NCBI GenBank assembly: GCA_945861815.1
Contig: CAMAVV010000001.1
Coordinates: 1 to 38,534 of the forward strand
DNA: 38,534 nucleotides
Direction of reading: 5' to 3'
Origin: Thermoflexus hugenholtzii JAD2
GTDB taxonomy: Bacteria; Chloroflexota; Dehalococcoidia; SHYB01
The notes beneath the pieces were generated by a model, which did not search any database, was not told the origin of the DNA, and worked only from the letters and a program-made list of their open reading frames with translations. Position 1 is the first letter of the stretch. Each line of letters begins with the position of its first letter. A program made the position numbers and the translations under genes. Shown in pieces: positions 1-8,213 of this stretch.

Positions 1-12
1 TGACCTGCCCCC
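1..12. repeat. IS left terminal inverted repeat
   Basis: TGACCTGCCCCC is the exact reverse complement of 1222-1233. The match stops after 12 bp. Confidence 0.85.
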
Positions 13-38
13 CAAAAACTAGTCCAGGCGTACAGTGA

Positions 39-347
39 GTGCGTTTGGATGAAGGAAGGGAGGCAGCGATGCCCAGGAAGCGGTTCGCGGCGGAAGAGAT
101 CATCAACAAGCTGCGGGAGGCGGAGGTCCGCCTGGCCAAGGGGGAGAGCGTCGTCGAGGCGTGCAAACAGCTGGGGGTCACCGAGCAGACCTTCTACCGG
201 TGGCGCAGGGAGTATGGTGGGCTGCGGATCGACCAGGCGCGCCGGCTCAAGGAACTCGAGCGGGAGAATGGGCGGCTGCGGCACGTGGTGGCCGACCTGA
301 CCCTCGATAAGCAGATCCTGAAAGAAGCGGCCGAGGGAAACTTCTGA
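39..347 (+). CDS. IS3-family transposase OrfA (HTH DNA-binding subunit)
   Basis: 102 aa. HTH segment CKQLGVTEQTFYRWRREY, then a leucine-zipper-like LKELERENGRLRHVVADLTLDKQILKE, typical of IS3 OrfA. Confidence 0.9.
   Translation: MRLDEGREAAMPRKRFAAEEIINKLREAEVRLAKGESVVEACKQLGVTEQTFYRWRREYGGLRIDQARRLKELERENGRLRHVVADLTLDKQILKEAAEGNF
335..341 (+). promoter_or_regulatory. Candidate -1 programmed ribosomal frameshift heptamer (G GGA AAC)
   Basis: An X XXY YYZ motif in the orfA frame, ending 3 nt before the orfA stop (345-347). The -1 frame is open from 335 into orfB and reads GK LLSPARRRRCIDHVRSRLGVSERRVC, predicting an OrfAB fusion. Confidence 0.7.
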
Positions 348-391
348 GCCCGGCCCGTCGGCGGCGCTGCATCGACCACGTCCGGAGTCGC

Positions 392-1204
392 TTGGGCGTG
401 TCGGAGCGTCGGGTGTGCCGGGTGCTCGGTCAAGCCAGAGCCACGCAGCGGTACCAGACCACGACACCCACCGGTGAGGCGCCCTTGACCGCCGCCGTCG
501 TCCAGCTCGCCGGGGAGTTTGGCCGCTACGGCTACCGGCGGGTCACCGGGCTGCTGCGCGCCCGGGGCTGGCGGGTGAACCACAAGCGGGTGGAGCGGAT
601 CTGGCGGCGCGAAGGGCTCAAGGTCCCCCAGCGGCAGCCCAAACGGGGACGGCTGTGGCTGAACGACGGGTCCTGCATCCGCTTGCGACCGCTCCGGCAG
701 AACCACGTCTGGGCGTATGACTTCGTCTTCGTCCGCACCCAGGACGGCCGGCTGGTGAAGATCCTGACGCTGATCGACGAGTTCACGCGGGAATGTCTGG
801 CCCTGCGGGCGGCCCGCCGCCTCAGCTCCGACGACGTGCTGCAGTGCCTCACCGAGCTCTTCACCTGGCGCGGCGTGCCCGAACACATTCGATCAGACAA
901 CGGCGGCGAGTTCACCGCGAAGGCAGTTCGGCGGTGGCTGGGGCGGGTCGGAGCGACGACGCTGTTCATCGAGCCCGGCAGCCCTTGGGAGAACGGCTAC
1001 AACGAGAGCTTCAACGGCAAGCTGCGGGACGAGTTCCTCAACGGGGAGATCTTCTACACCCTCAAGGAGGTGCAGATCCTCTTGGAGCAATGGCGCCGGA
1101 TCTACAACCACATACGGCCCCACAGCGCCCTCGGCTACCGGCCACCGGCGCCGATGGCCGTCATGCCCAGGCTCGACTTCGCAGGGGCTCACGGACTAAC
1201 ATAG
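392..1204 (+). CDS. IS3-family transposase OrfB (rve integrase core, DDE)
   Basis: 270 aa from TTG 392, with the frame open back to the slip site. rve-like blocks VWAYDFVF, IRSDNGGEF, NESFNGKLRDE and YNHIRPHSALGY. Confidence 0.9.
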   Translation: MGVSERRVCRVLGQARATQRYQTTTPTGEAPLTAAVVQLAGEFGRYGYRRVTGLLRARGWRVNHKRVERIWRREGLKVPQRQPKRGRLWLNDGSCIRLRPLRQNHVWAYDFVFVRTQDGRLVKILTLIDEFTRECLALRAARRLSSDDVLQCLTELFTWRGVPEHIRSDNGGEFTAKAVRRWLGRVGATTLFIEPGSPWENGYNESFNGKLRDEFLNGEIFYTLKEVQILLEQWRRIYNHIRPHSALGYRPPAPMAVMPRLDFAGAHGLT

Positions 1205-1221
1205 CGCGTGGTACAAAGCCC

Positions 1222-1233
1222 GGGGGCAGGTCA
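1222..1233. repeat. IS right terminal inverted repeat
   Basis: GGGGGCAGGTCA. Low-G+C methyltransferase sequence begins immediately after 1233. Confidence 0.85.
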
Positions 1234-1946
1234 ATGTCACCTGGTTTTGTACTTGCCTGTAAACATCGCTCAACAAGTTCGATAGGTTTTTGAGTGGGAT
1301 GCTTCCCAAACTCTTTCTCTTCTGAGCTTGGGGCAGGCATCCTCCACACAGTTTTCATTTGTTTCCCACCATTCGCCTGGCGCATTTCCTCGTAGTTAAA
1401 GGTATACCTATATTGGGATCCTTTAGCTGCTTTTGTTGCCCAAAGTACTGTTTCAGTTGAGTGTGTAAAGCAACGACACCCTAGATTAGGTGGTGGATTC
1501 GGTTTTTCCCAAGTAATATCATTGAGAATCCTATATCCTGACTGAAGCATCGCCATACCGACACTCAGGTAAATGTGAACGGTTCCGGTGACCCAGATCG
1601 TCCCTGCTGGCTTCAAAATCCGATAACACTCTCGCAGCCAGCTTAAGTTAAATTGGTGATCTTGCTCGACACCCTGACTTTTGTCCCAACTACCTTTATT
1701 TACCGAAACCATTCGGCCAGCAACACAGGTCATGCCATCATTGGAGAGGAAGTATGGCGGATCAGTCCAAATACAATCGATACTGTTGTCCGGAATCCCC
1801 TTCATCATCTCAAAACAATCTGCCCTAAATAACGCAGACTGACGATTTGGTGAAGTCCAAACAACCTGACCGGGGCAAGTTGATGCTAGTTTGCCAACCG
1901 GATCCAAATGGGGCGCGCGCGGCGGCGATGCCATCGAGTTTTCCAT
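1234..1946 (-). pseudogene. N6/N4 DNA methyltransferase (PF01555-like, beta-class), 3'-truncated by IS insertion
   Basis: Motif IV IWTDPPYF and the conserved block GKHPTQKPIELVERCLQASTKPGDI are present. The reading frame then runs straight into the IS terminus at 1233, so the expected (V)LDPF-GSGTT AdoMet motif I is missing. The N-terminal start is uncertain (Met at 1946, 1934 or 2030). The region is visibly lower in G+C than its surroundings. Confidence 0.8.
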
Positions 1947-2242
1947 ACCGATAGGATACCTGAGCTTCCAAAATTCGCAATATGTGTTTGACACCCAGGC
2001 CCCACTAAGCTGATGGCACGGATTTCTCAAGATTTCTTAAGAATGCATGATGATCGGGTTTCCAACCGCCACCCAGGCACTCGCCCGTTCTTCACCAACC
2101 AGTGCGCCCCTCCGTAACCCTAGGAAAGTTAACAAGAAGTTATCTTGCCTTGGCGGCAGGGGCGGCATCTGGGTCCGGGCCGGGGGCCTTCCCGCGCTCT
2201 TCAAGGAGTCACCCTCACCTCCGCAATCACCTTCGCGGCGGC

Positions 2243-2278
2243 CATAAAATAAAAGGCCCTCCGGTCGACCGGAGGGCC
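2243..2278 (-). terminator. Rho-independent terminator after the ABC ATPase pair
   Basis: Perfect 10-bp stem GGCCCTCCGG-TCGA-CCGGAGGGCC (2255-2278). On the minus strand it is followed by TTTTATTTTAT. It lies 27 nt downstream of the stop at 2306. Confidence 0.85.
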
Positions 2279-2305
2279 TTTGTGCGCGTATACGAGGAAG
2301 CGGCG

Positions 2306-3343
2306 CTAGACGCGGTGGCAGGCGACGAAGTGGCCGGGGCTGGCTTCGCGCCATTCAGGGATGACCTGCTTGCAGGTGTCGATGGCGATGGGGCAGCGGG
2401 TGTGGAAGACGCAGCCGACGGGCGGTCGCAAGGGGCTGGGCACATCGCCGGTGAGGATGATGCGCTCGCGCTTGGCGTCGGCGATGGGATCGGGGATGGG
2501 GACGGCGGAGAGGAGAGCCTTGGTGTAGGGGTGCAGGGGGTTCTCGTAGATCTCTTCCCGGCTGGCCAGCTCCATCGTCTTGCCCAGGTACATGACGCAG
2601 ATGCGGTCGCTGATGTGGCGGACGACGGCGAGGTCGTGGGCGATGAAGAGATAGGTGAGCTGGAACTTTTCCTGAAGCGACTCGAGGAGGTTGATGACCT
2701 GGGCTTGGATGGAGACGTCGAGGGCAGAGACGGGCTCGTCGCAGACGATAAAGCCGGGGTCGACGGCGAGGGCACGGGCTATGCCGATGCGCTGACGCTG
2801 GCCGCCGCTGAACTCGTGAGGGTAGCGGTCGCGCATATAGGGGGCAAGGCCGACGGTGGTGAGAAGCTCGGCAACCCGGTCGAGGCGATCTTTCTTGGAG
2901 GCGGCCAGGCCGTGGATGACGAGAGGCTCGCCGATGATGCCTCCGGCGGTCATGCGGGGGTTGAGAGAGCCATAAGGGTCTTGGAAGATGATCTGCATCT
3001 GGCGGCGGAGAGTCCGCATCTGTTTACTGTTCAGCTTGGTCAGGTCGGTCCCTTCGAAGAGGACTTCGCCGGCGGTGGGGCGGTGCAGCTGGAGGACGGC
3101 GCGGCCTGTGGTGGTCTTGCCGCAGCCGCTTTCGCCGACGAGGCCGAGGGTTTCGCCCTTCTTGATGTAGAACGATATTCCGTCGACGGCCTTCACATCG
3201 GCGACTTTCTTCTGGATGACGATGCCCTGGTGGACAGGAAAGTACATCTTGAGGTTGCGCACATCAAGCATGGTCTCGCCGAGCTTGGTCTTGCCGGAGT
3301 CGCGGGCGGTTGCGGCCGGACGGGGTGGCGCTTGGGTGGTCAC
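2306..3343 (-). CDS. Oligopeptide/dipeptide-type ABC transporter ATP-binding protein (OppF/DppF-like)
   Basis: Walker [10 protein letters not shown], signature FSGGQRQR, Walker [13 protein letters not shown], and a C-terminal oligo_HPY-type tail (HPYTKALL...CVFHTRC). The GTG start overlaps the upstream stop (GTGA). Confidence 0.9.
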   Translation of the reverse strand: MTTQAPPRPAATARDSGKTKLGETMLDVRNLKMYFPVHQGIVIQKKVADVKAVDGISFYIKKGETLGLVGESGCGKTTTGRAVLQLHRPTAGEVLFEGTDLTKLNSKQMRTLRRQMQIIFQDPYGSLNPRMTAGGIIGEPLVIHGLAASKKDRLDRVAELLTTVGLAPYMRDRYPHEFSGGQRQRIGIARALAVDPGFIVCDEPVSALDVSIQAQVINLLESLQEKFQLTYLFIAHDLAVVRHISDRICVMYLGKTMELASREEIYENPLHPYTKALLSAVPIPDPIADAKRERIILTGDVPSPLRPPVGCVFHTRCPIAIDTCKQVIPEWREASPGHFVACHRV

Positions 3344-4347
3344 GGTCGGGGCCTCCTTGTCTTCACGTCAACCCAACAGGCAGCCCAGTGCTTTTCGCCG
3401 ACGAGCATGAGCGGGGGATTCTCCTCGGCGCAGCGGTCGATGGCGAAGGTGCAGCGCGGACGGAAGGGGCAGCCTTTGGGCAGGTTGGTCAGGTCAGGGG
3501 GCGAGCCTTCGATGGGGACGAGGCGGCTCTTGCGAGGCTCATCGAGGCGGGGAACGGACTGGAGGAGGCCTAGCGTGTAGGGGTGCGCCGGGTTGCCGTA
3601 GGTGTCCTTGGCGGAGGCAGTCTCGATGATGTGACCGGCATACATCACGTTCACGCGGTGGGCAAAGCGGGCGACGATGCCGAGGTTGTGGGTGATGATC
3701 ATGATGGCGGTGTTGAAGCGTTCCGAGAGGTCCTTGATGACTTCAAGCACCTGGGCCTGGATGGTCACGTCGAGAGCGGTGGTGGGCTCGTCGGCGATGA
3801 TGAGCTTGGGGTCGCAGGCGAGGGCGATGGCGATCATGACGCGCTGGCGCATGCCGCCGCTGAACTGGTGGGGGTAATCATCCACCCGGCGGGCGGCATC
3901 CGGGATGCCGACCATCAGGAGGAGCTCGACGGCGCGGTCCTTGGCCGCCTTTTTGTTCATCTTGAGGTGGAGCTCCAGCGTCTCGGTAAGCTGGCGGCGG
4001 ATAGTGAGGACGGGGTTCAAGGAGGTCATAGGCTCTTGGAAGACCATGGCAATCTTGTTCCCGCGGATGGCCCGAATCTCCTTCTGGCTCATCTGCAGGA
4101 TGTCGTGGCCTTGGAAGAGGATCTTCCCGCTGACGATCTTGCCAGGGGGGGAAGGGATGAGGCGCATCACAGTGAGAGCGCTGACGCTCTTGCCGGAGCC
4201 GCTTTCGCCCACCAGCGCAAGGGTTTCGCCTTCAGCGAGTTGCCAGTTCACGCCGTCAACAGCCTTCACCACGCCTGATTGGGTGAAGAAATGGGTACGC
4301 AGGTCCTGGACATCTAGCAGGAGCTTATCTGTCCCGTTTGTCGTCAC
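3340..4347 (-). CDS. Oligopeptide/dipeptide-type ABC transporter ATP-binding protein (OppD/DppD-like)
   Basis: Walker A GESGSGKS, signature FSGGMRQR, Walker [14 protein letters not shown]-terminal HPYTLGLL...CPFRPRC. Start taken as GTG 4347, preceded by GAGGGGG. ATG 4392 is possible. ATG 4431 abuts the tRNA and is unlikely. Confidence 0.85.
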   Translation of the reverse strand: MTTNGTDKLLLDVQDLRTHFFTQSGVVKAVDGVNWQLAEGETLALVGESGSGKSVSALTVMRLIPSPPGKIVSGKILFQGHDILQMSQKEIRAIRGNKIAMVFQEPMTSLNPVLTIRRQLTETLELHLKMNKKAAKDRAVELLLMVGIPDAARRVDDYPHQFSGGMRQRVMIAIALACDPKLIIADEPTTALDVTIQAQVLEVIKDLSERFNTAIMIITHNLGIVARFAHRVNVMYAGHIIETASAKDTYGNPAHPYTLGLLQSVPRLDEPRKSRLVPIEGSPPDLTNLPKGCPFRPRCTFAIDRCAEENPPLMLVGEKHWAACWVDVKTRRPRP

Positions 4348-4432
4348 TCCGGCCCCCTCTCGATATAAAGATGCAGTCGGTCCGTGCGGCATTCGGGCGC
4401 ACTCGTACCCGTTCGAGTTCTTTTCCACCACC

Positions 4433-4517
4433 TGGTGGGGAAGAGGAGACTCGAACTCCTACGCCTTGCGGCACAAGATCCTAAGTCTTGCTCGTCTGCC
4501 AATTCCGACACTTCCCC
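4433..4517 (-). tRNA. tRNA-Leu (anticodon TAG), CCA encoded
   Basis: 85 nt: GGGGAAG acceptor, GGAATTGGCAGAC D-arm, anticodon arm CAAGA-CTTAGGA-TCTTG, long variable arm, GGAGTTCGAGTCTCC T-arm, CTTCCCC-A-CCA. Confidence 0.9.
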
Positions 4518-4557
4518 CGCGCCCGATGGAGCAAGAGGCGCCGCACCTATGGAAAGC

Positions 4558-4632
4558 TGGTGAGCCGCACAGGTTTCGAACCTGTAACCTAGTGATTAAG
4601 AGTCACTTGCTCTACCGTTGAGCTAGCGGCCC
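4558..4632 (-). tRNA. tRNA-Lys (anticodon CTT), CCA encoded
   Basis: 75 nt: GGGCCGC acceptor (one G-U pair), TAGCTCAACGGTAGAGC D-arm, anticodon arm AGTGA-CTCTTAA-TCACT, CAGGTTCGAAACCTG T-arm, ACCA end. Confidence 0.9.
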
Positions 4633-4653
4633 AGAAGTCCACAAGTGGTGAGC

Positions 4654-4682
4654 AATTTAGCATAGGGGTATAGGGGTGTCAA
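4654..4682 (-). promoter_or_regulatory. Sigma70-type promoter for the tRNA genes
   Basis: Minus strand: TTGACA (4677-4682), 17-nt spacer, TAAATT (4654-4659). The -10 lies 21 nt upstream of the tRNA-Lys 5' end. Confidence 0.7.
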
Positions 4683-4770
4683 GATGGAATTCCGTTACTG
4701 ATTGCTCGTGTGATGTATTGATGCGGCGTGATGCGCCTATTTTGTGTGCTTTGGGTGGGTGGAGCGCCTC

Positions 4771-4795
4771 TGTCCGAAGCGAAATATTTCGGACA
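4771..4795 (-). other. Hairpin downstream of the LLM oxidoreductase gene (possible terminator or stability element)
   Basis: 8-bp stem TGTCCGAA/TTCGGACA with a 9-nt loop, 12 nt after the stop at 4808. No U-tract follows on the minus strand. Confidence 0.3.
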
Positions 4796-4807
4796 AAGTG
4801 TAGCACA

Positions 4808-5860
4808 CTACCGGATTTGGGGCATCACGTTCCGCGCAAAGAGCTCCATGGAGCGGCGCGCCTTGTCATGAGGGAGGCCGCCGAAGCTGAAACTCAAGAG
4901 CAGGTTGTTCACGCCGATGGCCTTGAGTTGTTGCACCCGTTGCAAGGCGCGCCCGGGCTCACCGGCGATCGCATCGTTCCAGTAGTGCTCCAGCGCCTTG
5001 CTCTGTTCGAGCGGAGGCGCCGACCAGGATGGCCCAAGGCCCGTCGGTTCGCCTGGGGCCGGCTGGACGCCGAGCGCGCCGAGGGAGGCCTTTGTGCCTT
5101 GCATGCCGGCCCAGGCTTCAGCGTAGGCCTCGTCATGGTTGTGGGAGATGTGGACGTGCTGGATGACGGCTGTCTGCCCCCAAACGTTTTGCGCATCGGA
5201 GTCCGAGAGGCTTTCGGCGCGGGCCTGCTCGAAGAAGGCAGCGCGGATCTTTTCGAGCTGGGCCTGGTCACGCGCGCCGAAGTAGAAGGGCAGGCGATAG
5301 CGCGCAGCAAGGCGCAGTGTTTCGGGACTGCCTGTGGTGGCGATCCATGCCTTGGGGTGGGGCTTGGTGAGCGGGCGAGGGCGCAGAGAGATTTTGGGGA
5401 CGCTGTAGTGTTTGCCTGTGTAGGAGAACTCCGGCTGCGTCCAGGCCTGCATCGTGATTTCGAGGCCCTCGCGGAAGCGGTCGTTCAGCTCAGCCATGCT
5501 GATGCCATAGCCGGCGAATTCCCGGGGGCCGAAGCCTTTGGCGAAGCCGATATCGGCGCGGCCGTTGGAGACGATGTCCAGCATGGCGCCTGTTTCGGCG
5601 ACGCGCATCGGGTGGGGCATGCTGACGATGTTGGCGGCGCTGCCGATGCGGATGCGCGTTGTGCGGGCGGCCACGTGGGCGGCCAAGAGCAGCGGCTCCG
5701 GCGTGATGCTCCAGTAGGAGTTGAAGTGGTGCTCGGCGATCCAGACGGCGTCATAGCCGAGCTTCTCGGCCTCCACCATCAGGTCGATCTCTTTCCGATA
5801 GACCTCGGCGTCTGTGTGCGCGCCGGAGCTTTGCACGATGTGAAAGACAAAAAAGCGCAT
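4808..5860 (-). CDS. LLM-class (luciferase-like) flavin-dependent oxidoreductase
   Basis: MRFFVFH..., LGYDAVWIAEHHF, RIRIGSAANI, IVSNGRADIGFAKG are typical bacterial luciferase-family blocks. Start ATG 5860 is preceded by GAGGA. Confidence 0.85.
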   Translation of the reverse strand: MRFFVFHIVQSSGAHTDAEVYRKEIDLMVEAEKLGYDAVWIAEHHFNSYWSITPEPLLLAAHVAARTTRIRIGSAANIVSMPHPMRVAETGAMLDIVSNGRADIGFAKGFGPREFAGYGISMAELNDRFREGLEITMQAWTQPEFSYTGKHYSVPKISLRPRPLTKPHPKAWIATTGSPETLRLAARYRLPFYFGARDQAQLEKIRAAFFEQARAESLSDSDAQNVWGQTAVIQHVHISHNHDEAYAEAWAGMQGTKASLGALGVQPAPGEPTGLGPSWSAPPLEQSKALEHYWNDAIAGEPGRALQRVQQLKAIGVNNLLLSFSFGGLPHDKARRSMELFARNVMPQIR

Positions 5861-5910
5861 GGTGTCCTCGGGGAGATATGGATTTAGGAACTTTGGGGGC
5901 AACCTCTAGC

Positions 5911-6999
5911 TTACGACATGCTGAAGCCGTAGAGGCGGGCGGTGTTCTTCCACAAAATCTTATCGGCGTCGGCTTTGGGCACGCCCGCGACGTGCTTGGC
6001 GGCGGAGGCTTGGGAGTGAGGCCATGTGCTTCCGGAGTGGGGGAAGTCGCTGGACCAGAGGATATTGTTGACGCCGACGATTTTTCGAGCGGCAACGCCG
6101 GAGAGGTCGGTGATGAAGGTGTAGTAAATGCTGTCGTGGAATATCTCGCTGGGCGGGCGGGCGCACATGATGCCGCGCTCCTTGCGCCTGGAGCCGTGGA
6201 GGTTATAGAAGAAGTCCATGCGCTCGATGAAGTAGCCCGCCCAACCGGCGTCGCTCTCCACGGAGACGAGCTTGAACTTGGGGAACCTATCGAAGAGGCC
6301 GCTATAGACCATCGAGGCGAGGGCTTTCTGGATGTGCGTGGCGTAGGTGATGAGGTCCACTCGGGTGTTGGTGGACATCACGTTGCCCGTCTCCACGTGC
6401 ATGCTGATGGGCATGTCCAAGTCCCGGGAGGCCTTCCACAGGGGGTGATAGCGCGCGTCTTCATGCTGCATGCCTTCCAGGATGATAAGGCCGCCGATGA
6501 GGCCGAGCTTTTTGCATCGCTCCAATTCTTTCACCGCGCCTGCCACGTCCTCCATCGCCAGGCAACCGAGGCCCTTTAGACGATTGGGATGCGCCTTGCA
6601 GAAGTCGGCGATCCAGGAGTTGTAGGCGCGAAAGAGGGCGGCTTTGAGGGAGGCATCCTTGAGCATGAAGAGGCGCAGGGCAACCGTGGGATAGACGACC
6701 TCTGCCCAGACGCCGTCCTTCGCCATATCTTTGAGGCGCTCGCCGGGAAGATAGCCGCTCTTCACGATGTCCGTGCCGTATTTTCCTGTCTGGCGGCGGT
6801 CCGTGAAGTCGCGGGTAACGCCGACAAGCTCGCGGGTAGAGTGCATCTTCACCCCTTCGCAGAGCCAGCGGTCGGAGCCGTTATCGCTGACGACGCGCGG
6901 CGCCTTGGCGAGGTACTTCTTCTCGGTATAGTCAGCCCACAGGTTAGGCGGTTCGATCACATGGGCGTCTGAATCGATGAGCTTAAGTTTGGCCGGCAT
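5911..6999 (-). CDS. Amidohydrolase_2 (COG2159, ACMSD/decarboxylase-type metal hydrolase) paralogue A
   Basis: N-terminal LIDSDAHVIEPPNLW, central ISMHVETG, C-terminal ILWSSDFPHSGSTWPHS. Close paralogue of 7014-8093 and 35463-36584. Confidence 0.85.
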   Translation of the reverse strand: MPAKLKLIDSDAHVIEPPNLWADYTEKKYLAKAPRVVSDNGSDRWLCEGVKMHSTRELVGVTRDFTDRRQTGKYGTDIVKSGYLPGERLKDMAKDGVWAEVVYPTVALRLFMLKDASLKAALFRAYNSWIADFCKAHPNRLKGLGCLAMEDVAGAVKELERCKKLGLIGGLIILEGMQHEDARYHPLWKASRDLDMPISMHVETGNVMSTNTRVDLITYATHIQKALASMVYSGLFDRFPKFKLVSVESDAGWAGYFIERMDFFYNLHGSRRKERGIMCARPPSEIFHDSIYYTFITDLSGVAARKIVGVNNILWSSDFPHSGSTWPHSQASAAKHVAGVPKADADKILWKNTARLYGFSMS

Positions 7000-7013
7000 G
7001 GGACTCCTCTCTA

Positions 7014-8093
7014 TCAGGACATGCTGAAGCCGTAGAGTTTCGCGGCATTCTCACAGACCATCTGGCGCGCCTCGTTCGCCGGGAGGCCGCGCATCTGCTC
7101 GGCGATGGCCTCCCGCGAATGGGGCCAGGTGCTGCCGTGGTGGGGATAGTCGCTTGACCACATGATGTTGCGCGGGCCGATGACCTGGCGGGCGAGGATG
7201 CCGGAGCGGTCGCGCATGAAGGTGAAGAAGATGCTTTGGTGAAAGGTCTCGCTCGGCAGGCGGGAGCAGAGCATCTCGCGCTTCCGGACGTTCTTGAGGG
7301 TCTTGTAGAAGAGGTCCATGCGCTCGATGAGATAGGCGGCCCAGCCGATCTCGGCTTCGACGGAGACGAGCTTCAGATTCGGATGGCGGTCGAAGAGGCC
7401 GGAGTAGACGAGTGCGGCGATGACGCGCTGAGAGTGCACCGAGTGGACGGTGTGCTCGACGAGGGAGAGCTCGCGGGTGGTGACGCCGGTGGCGACGTGC
7501 ATGCCGATGGGCATATCGAGCTGTTCGGCGGCGGCCCAGAATGGCTCGTACTGGGGCTCGTGAAAGCGCGAACCTTCCAGGAGAACAAGACCGCCAGCCA
7601 AGCCAATCTCTTTGCAGCGCCGCAATTCCGAGATCGCCGACTCGATGTTGTGCATGCTGATAAGCCCGATGCCCTTCAGTTGCTCCGGGTGGCTGCTGCA
7701 ATAGGCGGCAAGCCAGGAGTTGTAGGCCCGGAAGAAGGCGCTTTGTAGGTCGCCATCGCTCATGCCGAACATACGCAGGGCCACCGTCGGGTAGACGACC
7801 TCCGCATCAACGCCGTCCTTCGCCATATCGGCTAGCCGCGGGTCCGGGTCGTAGCCGCCCTTGGGCACATCGGTCTCGTAGCGCCCGCTCTTGCCCTTCT
7901 CCTCAATCGTTCGCGCAACGCCTGCTAGTGCGCCTACCGGCGGCATGACGGCATCGGCGCAGACCCAGCGGTCGCTGTCCGTATCATGAGCGAGACGCGG
8001 CGCGCGCGACTGGTACTTGGCCTCCAGCCCTTTGACCCAAAGGTCGGGCGGCTCAATGACATGAGAGTCGGCGGAGATGATGTTATAGCGCAA
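7014..8093 (-). CDS. Amidohydrolase_2 paralogue B
   Basis: IISADSHVIEPPDLW, IGMHVATG, IMWSSDYPHHGSTWPHS. TTG start at 8093 after AGGGG. Same C-terminal KLYGFSMS as paralogue A. Confidence 0.85.
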   Translation of the reverse strand: MRYNIISADSHVIEPPDLWVKGLEAKYQSRAPRLAHDTDSDRWVCADAVMPPVGALAGVARTIEEKGKSGRYETDVPKGGYDPDPRLADMAKDGVDAEVVYPTVALRMFGMSDGDLQSAFFRAYNSWLAAYCSSHPEQLKGIGLISMHNIESAISELRRCKEIGLAGGLVLLEGSRFHEPQYEPFWAAAEQLDMPIGMHVATGVTTRELSLVEHTVHSVHSQRVIAALVYSGLFDRHPNLKLVSVEAEIGWAAYLIERMDLFYKTLKNVRKREMLCSRLPSETFHQSIFFTFMRDRSGILARQVIGPRNIMWSSDYPHHGSTWPHSREAIAEQMRGLPANEARQMVCENAAKLYGFSMS

Positions 8094-8134
8094 GGTACCC
8101 CTGGAGAATCGATACCTAAGTGAGCGATGCGTGG

Positions 8135-8163
8135 ATTATAGGCGAGAGGGTTAGAGGGAGCAA
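8135..8163 (-). promoter_or_regulatory. Candidate internal promoter ahead of the amidohydrolase genes
   Basis: Minus strand: TTGCTC (8158-8163), 17 nt, TATAAT (8135-8140), in a 120-nt pyrimidine-rich gap. Confidence 0.5.
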
Positions 8164-8213
8164 GGAGAGGGAGAGAAGGGGCAAGGAAGTCAGGAACGTA
8201 GGAATAGACGGAG

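Larger units (their letters stand above)
1..1233 (+). mobile_element. Complete IS3-family insertion sequence (IS407-group-like)
   Basis: Perfect 12-bp terminal inverted repeats TGACCTGCCCCC (1-12) and GGGGGCAGGTCA (1222-1233), with TG...CA termini. Two ORFs (HTH orfA, rve/DDE orfB in the -1 frame) and a slippery heptamer. Length 1233 bp. The IS407-group label is from memory of similar termini and is unverified. Confidence 0.9.

Noticed and set aside
2102-3580. Long plus-strand ORF (492 aa) and similar ORFs at 3583-4278, 4676-5887, 5878-6579, 9925-11067, 15815-16855, 17561-18250, 33479-34711
   Set aside because: They lie antisense to genes with clear family motifs. Their translations are low-complexity G/A/D/R/V-rich strings with no recognisable motifs. 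These are typical shadow ORFs of high-G+C DNA.
4392-4431. ATG 4431 as the start of the OppD-like gene
   Set aside because: It would place the start codon directly against the tRNA-Leu 3' end (4433). The added residues are not part of the ABC N-terminus. GTG 4347 has a GAGGGGG Shine-Dalgarno sequence.
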